A stretch of DNA of 64,000 bases from a virus (taxonomy: Duplodnaviria > Caudoviricetes). How positions within the stretch are numbered: position 1 is the stretch's first letter; each line of letters starts with the position of its first letter. The notes under the pieces were generated by a model that saw nothing but the letters and a program-made list of their open reading frames with translations, did not search any database and had not been told where the DNA came from. The DNA lies in the IMG/VR virus record IMGVR_UViG_3300037781_000208, positions 18,840 through 82,839 of that record. One strand, 5' to 3'. Positions 55,742 to 64,000 of the stretch are shown in pieces. Both the position numbers and the translations under genes were made by a program.

Positions 55742-56034
55742 TTGCCCAGGTGCCGGCTCCGCAGGAGCGCGAGCTTGTCAACCTCCTGATCGGCGTTCTC
55801 GAAGCGCCGGATCTCGTCCAGGGTGAAGCGGTGTTTTCCAAGGCCCCGCATGGGCTTGAGCTTCTTGTCGCGCACCAGCCGCCTGATGCGCTCAACCGAC
55901 ACATCCCAGCGTTGGGCCAGCTCCTCAACGGACAGGCAGAACTTGTTCTGCGGATTCAGCTCAGCGGATATGATCTCGCTCAGGTCCTTTACCTGCCGGG
56001 AGAGCTGATCAATTTTCTGTTCGAGCGTCTGCAT
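55738..56034 (-). CDS. HTH_17 / excisionase-like DNA-binding protein
   Basis: LSVEELAQRWDVSVERIRRLVRDKKL...RF..DEI..FE. Confidence 0.8.
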   Translation of the reverse strand: MQTLEQKIDQLSRQVKDLSEIISAELNPQNKFCLSVEELAQRWDVSVERIRRLVRDKKLKPMRGLGKHRFTLDEIRRFENADQEVDKLALLRSRHLGK

Positions 56035-56219
56035 AATGGCAGTCGCTCGTGTCCCATATTTTTGCTGTTTTTAGTGCTCCCGAAGCTGTAAACCCTTCAT
56101 GGTCAACACATGGGACACCTTCGCTTCTGTCCCGGAAATCGTCCCAAACACCTGATTCAGGGACGAAAAAGGGGAGGTCTTTTGAACCTCCCCGGGATGG
56201 GTGAAATGTATGCGGGAAA

Positions 56220-57398
56220 TCAGCTGGATCCACGCAGGGAGTCGCTGAATTCCGCGAGAACCTCTGGCCAGATGTCGGGATCAGCTTCTTCCATGGCCTG
56301 CACCAGTTCATCAATGATGGCGGCCCTGTCACTTGATTGGCCGTTCACCTGATGCTTTGCGTAGGTCTCGTTAAAGGATTCCAGCTTGCGGGTTCCTAGG
56401 CGCTTGGACCTTACGGCCAGCATCCCATGCAGGCTTTCATACAGACCGCCCCTTGAGACGTATTCCTTGAGGCGACGGTCGAGGGTGGACTTGCTGGTGC
56501 CCAGCTTCTCTGCCGCACTGCGCACCGATCCATTCACAAGCAGGGCCAGAATGATCTGGAAGAAATCAGGATCGACCTCATTGCCAATTCTTCGCAACTG
56601 GTCGGACAGGCTGGCCCTCAGGGTCTCGATCTCTTCCTTGTAGCCTTTGATGTCCTTGCCCAGATCCTTAAAACCGCGCTCGATGGCGTGAATGTAAGGC
56701 TTGGCGGCATCCTCCTGAACCGCTGTCGTCGAGGTCAGATTGCGCTTAAAGTTCAGCCAGTCCGCCCGGGATCCGTTTTGCCAGGCCAACCGCTGAGACT
56801 GAAATTCAAAGGCGTGTTCTATCTCAAAGCAGTACCATCCTGCCCGGTGGATGAAATCCCTGAGCGGGGCTTTGTCGCCATAGGAGCTGGCAAAAAGAAT
56901 GATTTGCTTCGGGCTGCGCACATCAAGGCAACTCATCAACAGATTGGGTAAGCTACTCGGATTGAGCCCGCCAACGAGCCGCACCTCGAATCGGTTCCCA
57001 CCAAGTGACAGTTTTCCCACTGGAAGAATATTCGGCTGGGGCGGTTCTGAGCGGTCAGGCTCAAGTTCAAGAAGCCGTGCCAACTCCGAGCGTAACCGTG
57101 AAAAGTTGGGGTGATACTGGACCAACTCATCCGGGGCGAACTCTCGCCGTCTGCAGCGTCCCTCGTCGCAGACCCCAACGAGAGGACCGTTCTCATGTTC
57201 GACTACCCGATAGCTGCAATGCCGGCTCTTGGTGTGTTCGCAGCCGACCTTAGTGGCTCGGTGCGGCGAAGGGATAAGCCAAGGCTCAATCTCGACGAAC
57301 CGGTCCTTCAGCACCTCCTGCCAAAGCGACCTCAGGAAGGCATGGCCAATTGACTGGTCAAGGCACTGAAAAACGGAATTCATTCTGGTTGCTACCAT
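56220..57398 (-). CDS. Cys/His-rich N-terminus + C-terminal HTH protein (start MVATRMNS at 57398), paralog of 1..1099
   Basis: GSVRSAAEKLGTSKSTLDRRLK HTH; 41-nt overlap with the upstream gene, identical to copy 1. Confidence 0.85.
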   Translation of the reverse strand: MVATRMNSVFQCLDQSIGHAFLRSLWQEVLKDRFVEIEPWLIPSPHRATKVGCEHTKSRHCSYRVVEHENGPLVGVCDEGRCRRREFAPDELVQYHPNFSRLRSELARLLELEPDRSEPPQPNILPVGKLSLGGNRFEVRLVGGLNPSSLPNLLMSCLDVRSPKQIILFASSYGDKAPLRDFIHRAGWYCFEIEHAFEFQSQRLAWQNGSRADWLNFKRNLTSTTAVQEDAAKPYIHAIERGFKDLGKDIKGYKEEIETLRASLSDQLRRIGNEVDPDFFQIILALLVNGSVRSAAEKLGTSKSTLDRRLKEYVSRGGLYESLHGMLAVRSKRLGTRKLESFNETYAKHQVNGQSSDRAAIIDELVQAMEEADPDIWPEVLAEFSDSLRGSS

Positions 57399-58524
57399 CG
57401 ATCTGTCCTTCCTCAATAAATCCCCGACGCATGAGCCACTCCTCAACCAACGTTGCGTCACTGTCCCGGGTGTAGCGGGCCACATTCGGTTGCTTGACGG
57501 TGACAGACCGGGCAGTCGGGTTGTCATCGAAGCGCACCTTGAACGTCGCCCGTTTCAGTCTCCAATCCGCAGGAATCCGGAAATTATCGTACCGGAAGGT
57601 GGCGAACAGGTCGCGGGCCTTGCGGGTAATCAGTTCCTCATCAAACCGCATGACGGACGCCTGCAATTCCGTGAGCTTGATCCACTGGATTCCCGGCACA
57701 TCAATGACATTGAGAGCTTCCTCACCAAGTTCCCGAAGTGGTTCCAGGGAATACTTGCTGGCCCCTGCAAAATAGTTGTCCCGTCCGAAAAGGTAGAACC
57801 CGAACTGTTTACGGTATTCGTACTGGATAGCCTCGGTCGGGGCGTTGATTCCAATCTCGTTGGTGAGCTGGTTGAAAACCACCACATCACATTTCTCAGG
57901 GCGGAATCCAATGCTGCCGCTTTCCCCATTGTCCAAGGTGGCTTCACGCCGGAAACGATCGCCCCTGCGGATCAGGAACCACATTTCATGCCCTCGGGGA
58001 TATACATGCACCTGCGTTCCCCGCCCATGGCCCTTGGAATTGAAGAAGATATCCAGTGCCCGCTCCATCGATTGCAAGGTCTGATCTGTAGGGTAAGTCA
58101 CCTCCTCCTCATCCATGGCGCTGAAATACTGGAAGGACCGCACCCGAAGCATCGTCAGCTCCGCGTGCTTCTCCAAAAGAGCTTCCGGATCCGTCATCCA
58201 GAGCCTCAGGGCGATTTCAGCCTGAGTGATTTCTCCGGCCACCGGAATCCCCAGCCTTCGCGCCTCTTCATCCACGGCAGCCAGGGCACTTGGCACGGAC
58301 ATGGCCTTGATGGCGAAAAGGGCATCAATCAGCTCCCGTGGGGTATCCGGCCCGGGTTCCATGAGGATCCGGCCAATCAGGCTCAAATCCAGATCATCGT
58401 CCAGTTGGACACCCCGGTTGAGAAGAAAATCCTCAAACCGATTAAGAAAGTTCCGCAGTAAAGCGGGGTCGATCCGCGACAGCGTGTGCGGGCGTGTAAA
58501 TGTAGAAGTATAAAGCGTTGCCAC
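57358..58524 (-). CDS. Conserved hypothetical protein (388 aa), paralog of 1059..2225
   Basis: Ungapped similarity and identical length. Confidence 0.9.
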   Translation of the reverse strand: MATLYTSTFTRPHTLSRIDPALLRNFLNRFEDFLLNRGVQLDDDLDLSLIGRILMEPGPDTPRELIDALFAIKAMSVPSALAAVDEEARRLGIPVAGEITQAEIALRLWMTDPEALLEKHAELTMLRVRSFQYFSAMDEEEVTYPTDQTLQSMERALDIFFNSKGHGRGTQVHVYPRGHEMWFLIRRGDRFRREATLDNGESGSIGFRPEKCDVVVFNQLTNEIGINAPTEAIQYEYRKQFGFYLFGRDNYFAGASKYSLEPLRELGEEALNVIDVPGIQWIKLTELQASVMRFDEELITRKARDLFATFRYDNFRIPADWRLKRATFKVRFDDNPTARSVTVKQPNVARYTRDSDATLVEEWLMRRGFIEEGQIDGSNQNEFRFSVP

Positions 58525-58563
58525 TGAGGGACATCCTCCAAAAAAGAAAGTGCGTCATCTCTA

Positions 58564-58692
58564 CTGACACTCTGCACCGCCGGTCAGTTTAGCGGGGCTA
58601 GCCTTGCGGCCGCTGGTCCGAGCTGGACAGCGGGTGGAGGGTCTCCCTATCCACCAGCGACGACCACTCTCCTGTACCAGGACGCACCGGCC
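58564..58692 (-). promoter_or_regulatory. Conserved, probably structured leader upstream of the 388-aa gene (copy 2)
   Basis: Matches 2261..2394; hairpins GGTGGA-GGGTCTCCCTA-TCCACC and CCGCTGGTCC-GAGCT-GGACAGCGG. Confidence 0.55.
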
Positions 58693-58886
58693 TCGGGAGG
58701 GTTAATCGCAATAGAAAATGAACCAGCAAACGGCAAATGGTGGCAAGTGTTTTTAGTGCTAAATTGTTCACTATTTCCAAGTTGCTGGGAATCAATTGCT
58801 TTGGTCCCTAAAGGCAACGTTAGTAACATCATGTACGTAGAATTTGCTCAAAACTCCTTGGTTAGCTCACTCATCTAGTCTAGGAG

Positions 58887-59309
58887 ATGTTTATGACTGA
58901 TATTTGGAGCAAAGAAAAGCGCTCTGAGGTCATGTCCAAAGTAAGAGGGCATGGTAATAAAAGCACAGAATTGAGACTAATTTCCTTGATGAGGCATGAG
59001 GGAATTAAGGGGTGGAGAAGGAAGCAAAAACTGCCAGGAAAGCCTGATTTTGTGTTTCGTCGAGAGCGGGTTTGTGTCTTCGTGGATGGCTGTTTTTGGC
59101 ACGGTTGTCCACGTTGCTACCGGCGTCCCAAAAGCAATCAGCGATTTTGGGACGAGAAGGTATTGCGAAATAAGCATCGGGATAGGAGGGTCACCAAAGA
59201 GCTAAAGCAAAAGGGGTGGAAGGTGGTCCGGGTTTGGGAGTGCTCTTTGAAAAAACGTCCGGGAACGACAACTTCCCGGATTCAAAGAGCGATGAATAGT
59301 AAGCAATAA
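58887..59309 (+). CDS. vsr: Very-short-patch repair endonuclease
   Basis: TDI.SKEKRS..MS.V...NKSTE, LPGKPDFV, FVDGCFWHGC, NQ.FW..K...N..RD, GWKVVRVWEC. Confidence 0.95.
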   Translation: MFMTDIWSKEKRSEVMSKVRGHGNKSTELRLISLMRHEGIKGWRRKQKLPGKPDFVFRRERVCVFVDGCFWHGCPRCYRRPKSNQRFWDEKVLRNKHRDRRVTKELKQKGWKVVRVWECSLKKRPGTTTSRIQRAMNSKQ

Positions 59310-59374
59310 TCGTAGACCGGGCTTCTCATTGCCAAATTAGTTCTCTCCTCAACCATACCGGATTACAAAAACTG

Positions 59375-60523
59375 TTGCCCAATTCGGAGGATGGTTCAGG
59401 ATTTTGCACTCGCCAAGACTGTCGTGTGCTAATTCAGAACTCAACAACCATGGATCCGTTTAATCAAGAAACCATTGAATCCCTTGTCGCCGCATCTGAG
59501 GGAATCCTTCAGAAACCATCAATAATTCTTGAGTACGAGGACTGGCTTTTGTCGTCTTCCACAAAGACAGCTAAGCGGAAAATACATGATATATTGCGAG
59601 GGGTAGAACGGGGAGACTTCCACCTCAATGGAGAAACAGCTGAATTGGTAGCAGCAACCGCATTGCTACAGGTTTTCACGCAAGAAGAGGTGGATTTAAA
59701 ATTCGGATCGACACGATTCCCAGATGCCATCGTTAAAACTGACTATGGCGTTGAAATAAAATATATTGGAGACGGGCATGAAACACTCGGGAATAGCAGT
59801 GTGCAATCCGACCCAGGCGTTGAAGAGATTTATACCCTTGTATTCACAAACCAGGGAACTGTTGTTTTTAAAAAGTATGAAGAATTGATTACGGGAATCA
59901 AAGTGGATCATAATCCGCGATTTGGATTATCACTCTCACACGGAGAATCATTCAAAGACACAATAGGGATTTCTCTTGTGGAGTTCATGCGCTTACCTGA
60001 CGAACAAAAGCACGGGATTGTTAGGGATTATCTCCGAGAGAAAAGCGGCGGTAGAGACTGGATGTGGTATTTAGGGGAACAAGATTCGCAGCATGTAATT
60101 GAACTCTTGGGGAAACTTAAGAGAAATTGGGAGTCAATAGATAGAGATGAATTAAGAATTGCCGTATTCGCACTGGCTTTAGACACGGTCAATCGCAGCA
60201 ATTATGATGATTTAGTTTCGTGGGTCGTAACCAATTATGAATGCTATGGCCCCATAAAAGACTGCTTCACTGCGGGAGGAACGGTACTTCTCGAATCAAA
60301 TCAAATTCGAGTTCCTAGGATCTTTTACCACTTCGATAATCTATTACCAAAAATCGTGCAGCGATTAATAAGTGATGGCATTGATCAAAATAAATGGATT
60401 GCGAATGCTACGGAGTGGATTGAAGCTAAAATAGATTCCCCCCAGAATGGGTTAAGTAGAGAGTCCGCTGATTACCTGTTAAATCGTATCCAAGTCCTAA
60501 TCAATAGAGAAGCTAGCACTTAA
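59375..60523 (+). CDS. Putative type II restriction endonuclease (likely start ATG 59450)
   Basis: FPDAIV...GVEIK PD-(D/E)xK core; convergent with, and overlapping, a C5 MTase. Confidence 0.7.
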   Translation: MPNSEDGSGFCTRQDCRVLIQNSTTMDPFNQETIESLVAASEGILQKPSIILEYEDWLLSSSTKTAKRKIHDILRGVERGDFHLNGETAELVAATALLQVFTQEEVDLKFGSTRFPDAIVKTDYGVEIKYIGDGHETLGNSSVQSDPGVEEIYTLVFTNQGTVVFKKYEELITGIKVDHNPRFGLSLSHGESFKDTIGISLVEFMRLPDEQKHGIVRDYLREKSGGRDWMWYLGEQDSQHVIELLGKLKRNWESIDRDELRIAVFALALDTVNRSNYDDLVSWVVTNYECYGPIKDCFTAGGTVLLESNQIRVPRIFYHFDNLLPKIVQRLISDGIDQNKWIANATEWIEAKIDSPQNGLSRESADYLLNRIQVLINREAST

Positions 60524-61751
60524 AGATTTTAGACCAAACTAGCTGTATTTTGTGAGCCAAGTGATAAGCCAACAAAGGTGGCACTGCATTCCCGATTACT
60601 TTATACGCCTCAGAGCCAGAAACACGATGGGGACCAGTTTTATTTACAAAACTGAATGAATCCGGGAAAGTTTGTATTCTAGAGCATTCTCTCACTGTCA
60701 GCCGTCTTTCGCCTAGTCCTATATCAATTTCTTCACGATTAACACCGCCATGCTCAGCAGAAAGCCTTCTAAACTCAATATTGCCATGGTGCTCAGCTCG
60801 AATAGTTGGACCGATTGCATCTAACTTGATCTCCGACTGTCCCTGACAATGCCTCCCATACCATTTTGCTTTCGAATAGGTCTGTTGATCCGGGTCATTC
60901 GACTCCTCAGGCTCATTTAAGCCTCTAAAAGCCACCCTGCAACTTACGGCTGAAGACAGAGTGGAATTTGGATCCAATGAATGTGTGATCTCAGGGTATG
61001 GTGAAAGATCAATTGGTAATCCAGATGAAATCTTATCGAGAACGGACTTTCTTAGCGCGTCCCTTTTCAAGCCGATAAACACAACTCTCTCTCTGCTTTG
61101 CGGGACACCGTATTCGTAAGCCTTTAAGACAGGGACCTCGAGAACCAAATATCCATTGTCACTGATACTCTCAAAGTCCGATTGGATGATGCCTCTAGCG
61201 TCGGCGAGGCTGACAAGACCCTTCACATTTTCCGCCAAAAACATTTTTGGCTGTGTAATCTCGATGACGTGCCTCATCCACATGTAGAGCTTGCCACGGT
61301 TTTCCTCTGTCGGATTATCAACATTATTAAGTAAATCACCATGATGGCCTTTATGGGAATTGAATCCCTTACGCTTGCCCGCGACACTGAAATCCTGGCA
61401 GGGAAATCCACCGGTAATTATGTCGCAGCTTTTTGGCAAAACGCTGCTTCCTGTTTGATGGGACTTTACAATGTCGACTATACTCTCCGATCTAAAGATT
61501 TCAGTGTTGATACCGCTTCGGCTAAAGTTATTAATCCACGTTTTCTTTGCGGCGGGAAGAATGTCGTTTGCGAAAATAATCTCATAGGGCAAAGATTTAA
61601 GCCGAATGAAACCTGGCCTGGTTTCACTATCAACCCATGATCCATTCATCCTTCTGTGAATGGATTCTTCTAATATTTCGAAACCTCCTTCAAATCCCAA
61701 ATCCATCCCCCCGCACCCTGAGAAAAGTGAAATTAGACGTAGTTTTTTCAT
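60513..61751 (-). CDS. DNA (cytosine-5)-methyltransferase, M.BepI-like (CGCG predicted)
   Basis: SLFSGCGG, GGFPCQDFS, ENV, Q.RERV, PTIRAEHHGNIEFRRLS, RRLTVREC..IQ.FP, IGNAVPP. The long insert after motif I and the AEHHGNIEFRRLS target region match my recollection of M.BepI. Confidence 0.9.
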   Translation of the reverse strand: MKKLRLISLFSGCGGMDLGFEGGFEILEESIHRRMNGSWVDSETRPGFIRLKSLPYEIIFANDILPAAKKTWINNFSRSGINTEIFRSESIVDIVKSHQTGSSVLPKSCDIITGGFPCQDFSVAGKRKGFNSHKGHHGDLLNNVDNPTEENRGKLYMWMRHVIEITQPKMFLAENVKGLVSLADARGIIQSDFESISDNGYLVLEVPVLKAYEYGVPQSRERVVFIGLKRDALRKSVLDKISSGLPIDLSPYPEITHSLDPNSTLSSAVSCRVAFRGLNEPEESNDPDQQTYSKAKWYGRHCQGQSEIKLDAIGPTIRAEHHGNIEFRRLSAEHGGVNREEIDIGLGERRLTVRECSRIQTFPDSFSFVNKTGPHRVSGSEAYKVIGNAVPPLLAYHLAHKIQLVWSKIFKC

Positions 61752-61798
61752 ATGGTAAATTTAGTAGTTAAATATAATTACAAAGTCTATATTTGATT

Positions 61799-62428
61799 TT
61801 ATTTTTCGGCCAAATCAATACGCCTATGAGTTTGCGTTCTGGGTATTCCGCCTTGCTTTATAGATCCTTCGGAAAAATAGTGAGCAGCGGACCATGGGGG
61901 ACATCCGTCGCCAGGGAAACACTCTGTCATTTGTGACTGGTCTTGTGACCCCGTAAACCTTGGAATATTCACTAAAATCCATTTGATGTTCTCTATCAAC
62001 CCTCGTTTGGAGTTCACCTTAGTTGCGTCTCGAAAGTCCAGAATCCATTTCCCTTTTAAAACATCAGTATTTTGTTGTGGCCTGTTCAACCTATGCCTGG
62101 GAACGGTGAGTAATCGAAACGCATCATAAAGGAAATAACTGGAATCGTAATGCACAAAAAGGAAGCAAGCAGGATAGTGCAGGAATAATCTTCTAACCGC
62201 CAACTCATCCTCAATGAAAAGGTGGGGTTCCTCTTCCGGATCCAGCCCCCAATTCTTACAGACATAATGCTGCTTCTTCTCTTTGACTTCCAATCCAACC
62301 ATCCAACCTTGGCAGTCGAACTCAAAGTCGGTCAAACACGTCGAATTTGTGTTGATCTTTAAGCCTGAGATTTCACCAGACTCAACCGCCAGCCCAAGAC
62401 TTTTACGAATGTGCCGCTCAAAACTCAT
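61799..62428 (-). CDS. PD-(D/E)xK nuclease-fold hypothetical protein
   Basis: TDFEF...GLEVKEK; co-oriented with the MTase. Confidence 0.6.
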   Translation of the reverse strand: MSFERHIRKSLGLAVESGEISGLKINTNSTCLTDFEFDCQGWMVGLEVKEKKQHYVCKNWGLDPEEEPHLFIEDELAVRRLFLHYPACFLFVHYDSSYFLYDAFRLLTVPRHRLNRPQQNTDVLKGKWILDFRDATKVNSKRGLIENIKWILVNIPRFTGSQDQSQMTECFPGDGCPPWSAAHYFSEGSIKQGGIPRTQTHRRIDLAEK

Positions 62429-62724
62429 TCACGTATGTCCGATGGCGCTGACCATTCAGTGGATATTGAGGTTAATTCTCCCATTAGACCCAAATCGAAA
62501 GGGAATCTGATAAATTAGGAAAGATTTTTCCGTGAGTGTCCACGTTCACAGTCTCATTAAGACCGGAACCCTACGGGTCAGATTATTCTTAAGGTATTGG
62601 CAACCAGCAGTATAGCAGTCCATATTTGCCTGGCAGAGCATCATGAGACTTGCACTAAGGTTGGTTTCACCTTGAGGACACACACCAATCGGTCGACAGT
62701 GGATTTCACCGATTGGTTACTGTC

Positions 62725-63306
62725 CTAGTCTATCTGCACATTGCATTTCCAGCCCAACTGCTCCAGGCGCCATTGAAGGCAAGAGAGAGCCAAGTCCCCC
62801 TCTGCCTGGACCAGCAGGGAATCATTGCCCGGGCAGGGTCCGTCATAAAAGACCAGCTCTCCAACCACTTCGCCATTGGAATCCACAAGATCCGGACCAA
62901 TATCCATTCCCTCAAGGAAATGAAAAGCGGTGGCGGTTGAGGACTCATTGCGGAGCCAATAAGCATCAAAATAGGTCTGCTCGCACATGCTTTCGCTCAA
63001 GTCTGATTTGGCCAGTCCCCACTCCTCATCAAGAAAGGACTTCGTCAGTTCGCGAGGCCTGTACCCCTGGTACTCCAGAAACCATTCTCGCCATGTGGGA
63101 ATATTCTCCGGTCCTGAATAGGGATCACCTATATGGAGCGTTCCAAACTCGTCGGCAATGATAGTATGGTTTGGTGATGGGAAAGCCTTTAACAACGGTC
63201 GATGCTCACGCTCGAGGAAACGCTCCGCATCCAATAGGAAGCGGGAAGGCAAGTAAAGGGCTCCGGTTGCCATACCCAGAGCGCGGAGGAAATAGCGACG
63301 ATCCAC
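62725..63306 (-). CDS. Hypothetical protein with a twin-arginine-like N-terminus (start GTG 63306)
   Basis: GAGGAGG RBS; DRRYFLRALGMATGALYLP. Confidence 0.6.
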   Translation of the reverse strand: MDRRYFLRALGMATGALYLPSRFLLDAERFLEREHRPLLKAFPSPNHTIIADEFGTLHIGDPYSGPENIPTWREWFLEYQGYRPRELTKSFLDEEWGLAKSDLSESMCEQTYFDAYWLRNESSTATAFHFLEGMDIGPDLVDSNGEVVGELVFYDGPCPGNDSLLVQAEGDLALSCLQWRLEQLGWKCNVQID

Positions 63307-63308
63307 AG

Positions 63309-63503
63309 TCAGTCCTCCTCGGTGGGATTGGTTGAATCCGGGGCCATTGGGAGGCGCATCCGTAGCTGCGCGCAAAATAGCTCCTCAACGGTCCTGGGTG
63401 GTCTTACGGGATCCCTTTCTGTATTTTCCGGGAAAGGGATTAGCTTTGGATCCGAAGAAATGGGATCCTTCCGGGGAAACTGCTTTCGGTTGTCGCAGCT
63501 CAT
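63309..63503 (-). CDS. Small hypothetical protein (MSCDNRK...)
   Basis: ATGA-coupled to the upstream ORF; ends next to the RBS of the following gene. Confidence 0.4.
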   Translation of the reverse strand: MSCDNRKQFPRKDPISSDPKLIPFPENTERDPVRPPRTVEELFCAQLRMRLPMAPDSTNPTEED

Positions 63504-63727
63504 GCCGCCCTCCCTTCCTCGAGAAGGGATTGCAGGCAAAGGTCACGACGGAGACGGGCCTCAATGAGGTCCTGAGTACCGAGACTACGACGAACGCGCT
63601 TGGCGGTGTAGTCGGTCAGGTGAACCGTATAGTGGATCCACCAGGTTCCATTGTTCAGGTAGATGTGGTGATTCGGATTCGACGAATCGATCCGGAGGGC
63701 AGCTTTCATTCTGGGTGCTTGATTCAT
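63500..63727 (-). CDS. Small integrase-arm-like DNA-binding protein
   Basis: NPNHHIYLNNGTWWIHYTVH...KRVRRSLGT.D..EAR..RD resembles three-stranded arm-binding domains. Confidence 0.7.
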   Translation of the reverse strand: MNQAPRMKAALRIDSSNPNHHIYLNNGTWWIHYTVHLTDYTAKRVRRSLGTQDLIEARLRRDLCLQSLLEEGRAA

Positions 63728-63765
63728 TTTGTGCTGTGGTTAGTGCACCCCGACCGCCCGGACAT

Positions 63766-63795
63766 AAAAAAACCGGGCACTCATAAGAGTCCCGG
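63766..63795 (-). terminator. Intrinsic terminator / attenuator between the riboswitch candidate and ORF 63727
   Basis: CCGGG-ACTC-TTAT-GAGT-G-CCCGG followed by TTTTTTT. Confidence 0.75.
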
Positions 63796-63842
63796 CAGCT
63801 TTGCATCGAACGGGAGAGTGCTTGGATTCAGTTTAAGACTGC

Positions 63843-63933
63843 GCATCCCAGCCAGGATTGGCTTTGCACCACCGTGGCGACTCTCGTTGCCCGGTTGGCG
63901 GCCCTGCAGCGAAGCAGAGCTCTCTATGGATGC
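63843..63933 (-). ncRNA. SAM-I-clan-like riboswitch aptamer
   Basis: P1 GCATCC/GGATGC; J1/2 ATAGAG; P2 GCTCTGC/GCAGGGC; GGCAAC...GGTGC core; P4 AGCCA/TGGCT; downstream terminator. Confidence 0.55.
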
Positions 63934-64000
63934 TATTCTAAAGAACTACCCAGAAGTATGGCACAGCGGACATGGAGGTCAATGGGTTTCTGTGTCATAG

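Larger units (their letters stand above)
12464..64000. mobile_element. Prophage B (lambda-like siphovirus architecture), right end beyond the window
   Basis: Full head / tail / terminase / replication modules follow the att core; no integrase for it is seen in the window. Confidence 0.85.

Noticed and set aside
55742-55781. TTGACA copies at 55776 and near 54232 as further members of the late motif
   Set aside because: Spacing to plausible start codons is outside 13-16 nt; probably chance hits in the early region.
63800-63900. c-di-GMP-I riboswitch (GNRA hairpin + GCAAAGC)
   Set aside because: It lacks the GGCAAAC...GGGAC context and a tetraloop receptor; the SAM-I-clan topology fits better.
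1-64000. CRISPR array, rRNA, IS transposase, reverse transcriptase / DGR
   Set aside because: No regularly spaced repeats, rRNA-like sequence, DDE transposase or RT motifs were seen by eye.

Overview
This window is almost entirely mobile DNA. The host is probably a verrucomicrobium (Opitutales-like), judged from a PEP-CTERM gene and the style of the integrases. It holds the right end of one integrated element (about 1-12.5 kb). That part carries an early two-gene module, membrane-protein cargo, a GIY-YIG gene with an in-frame stop, two tandem tyrosine recombinases and FGE/PEP-CTERM cargo. An att junction follows, built on a tRNA-Ser 3' fragment (12464-12487). After it comes most of a second, related lambda-like siphovirus prophage (12.5 kb to beyond 64 kb), encoded mostly on the minus strand. 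In order, that prophage carries: a low-GC MORC-ATPase / Mrr-helicase defence-like operon; tail and head genes; a tRNA-Met(CAT)-like element; GpA-type terminase; a ParB / methyltransferase / HAD / CmoA-like DNA-modification block; a RadC / AAA cluster; a 1498-aa primase-helicase-like-PolA fusion with internal iterons; a Sak4 / SSB / Gp157 recombination module; a second copy of the early two-gene module; a Vsr + REase + BepI-like C5-MTase system; and a SAM-I-clan-like riboswitch. The most striking unexplained signals are (1) an RTTGACA motif 13-16 nt upstream of ten late start codons, most without a Shine-Dalgarno site, (2) the CmoA-like / ParB-MTase module, (3) a tRNA-like element inside a uORF coupled to the head protease, and (4) the four-gene MORC operon. 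All family calls are from motif recognition by eye; no database search was run.
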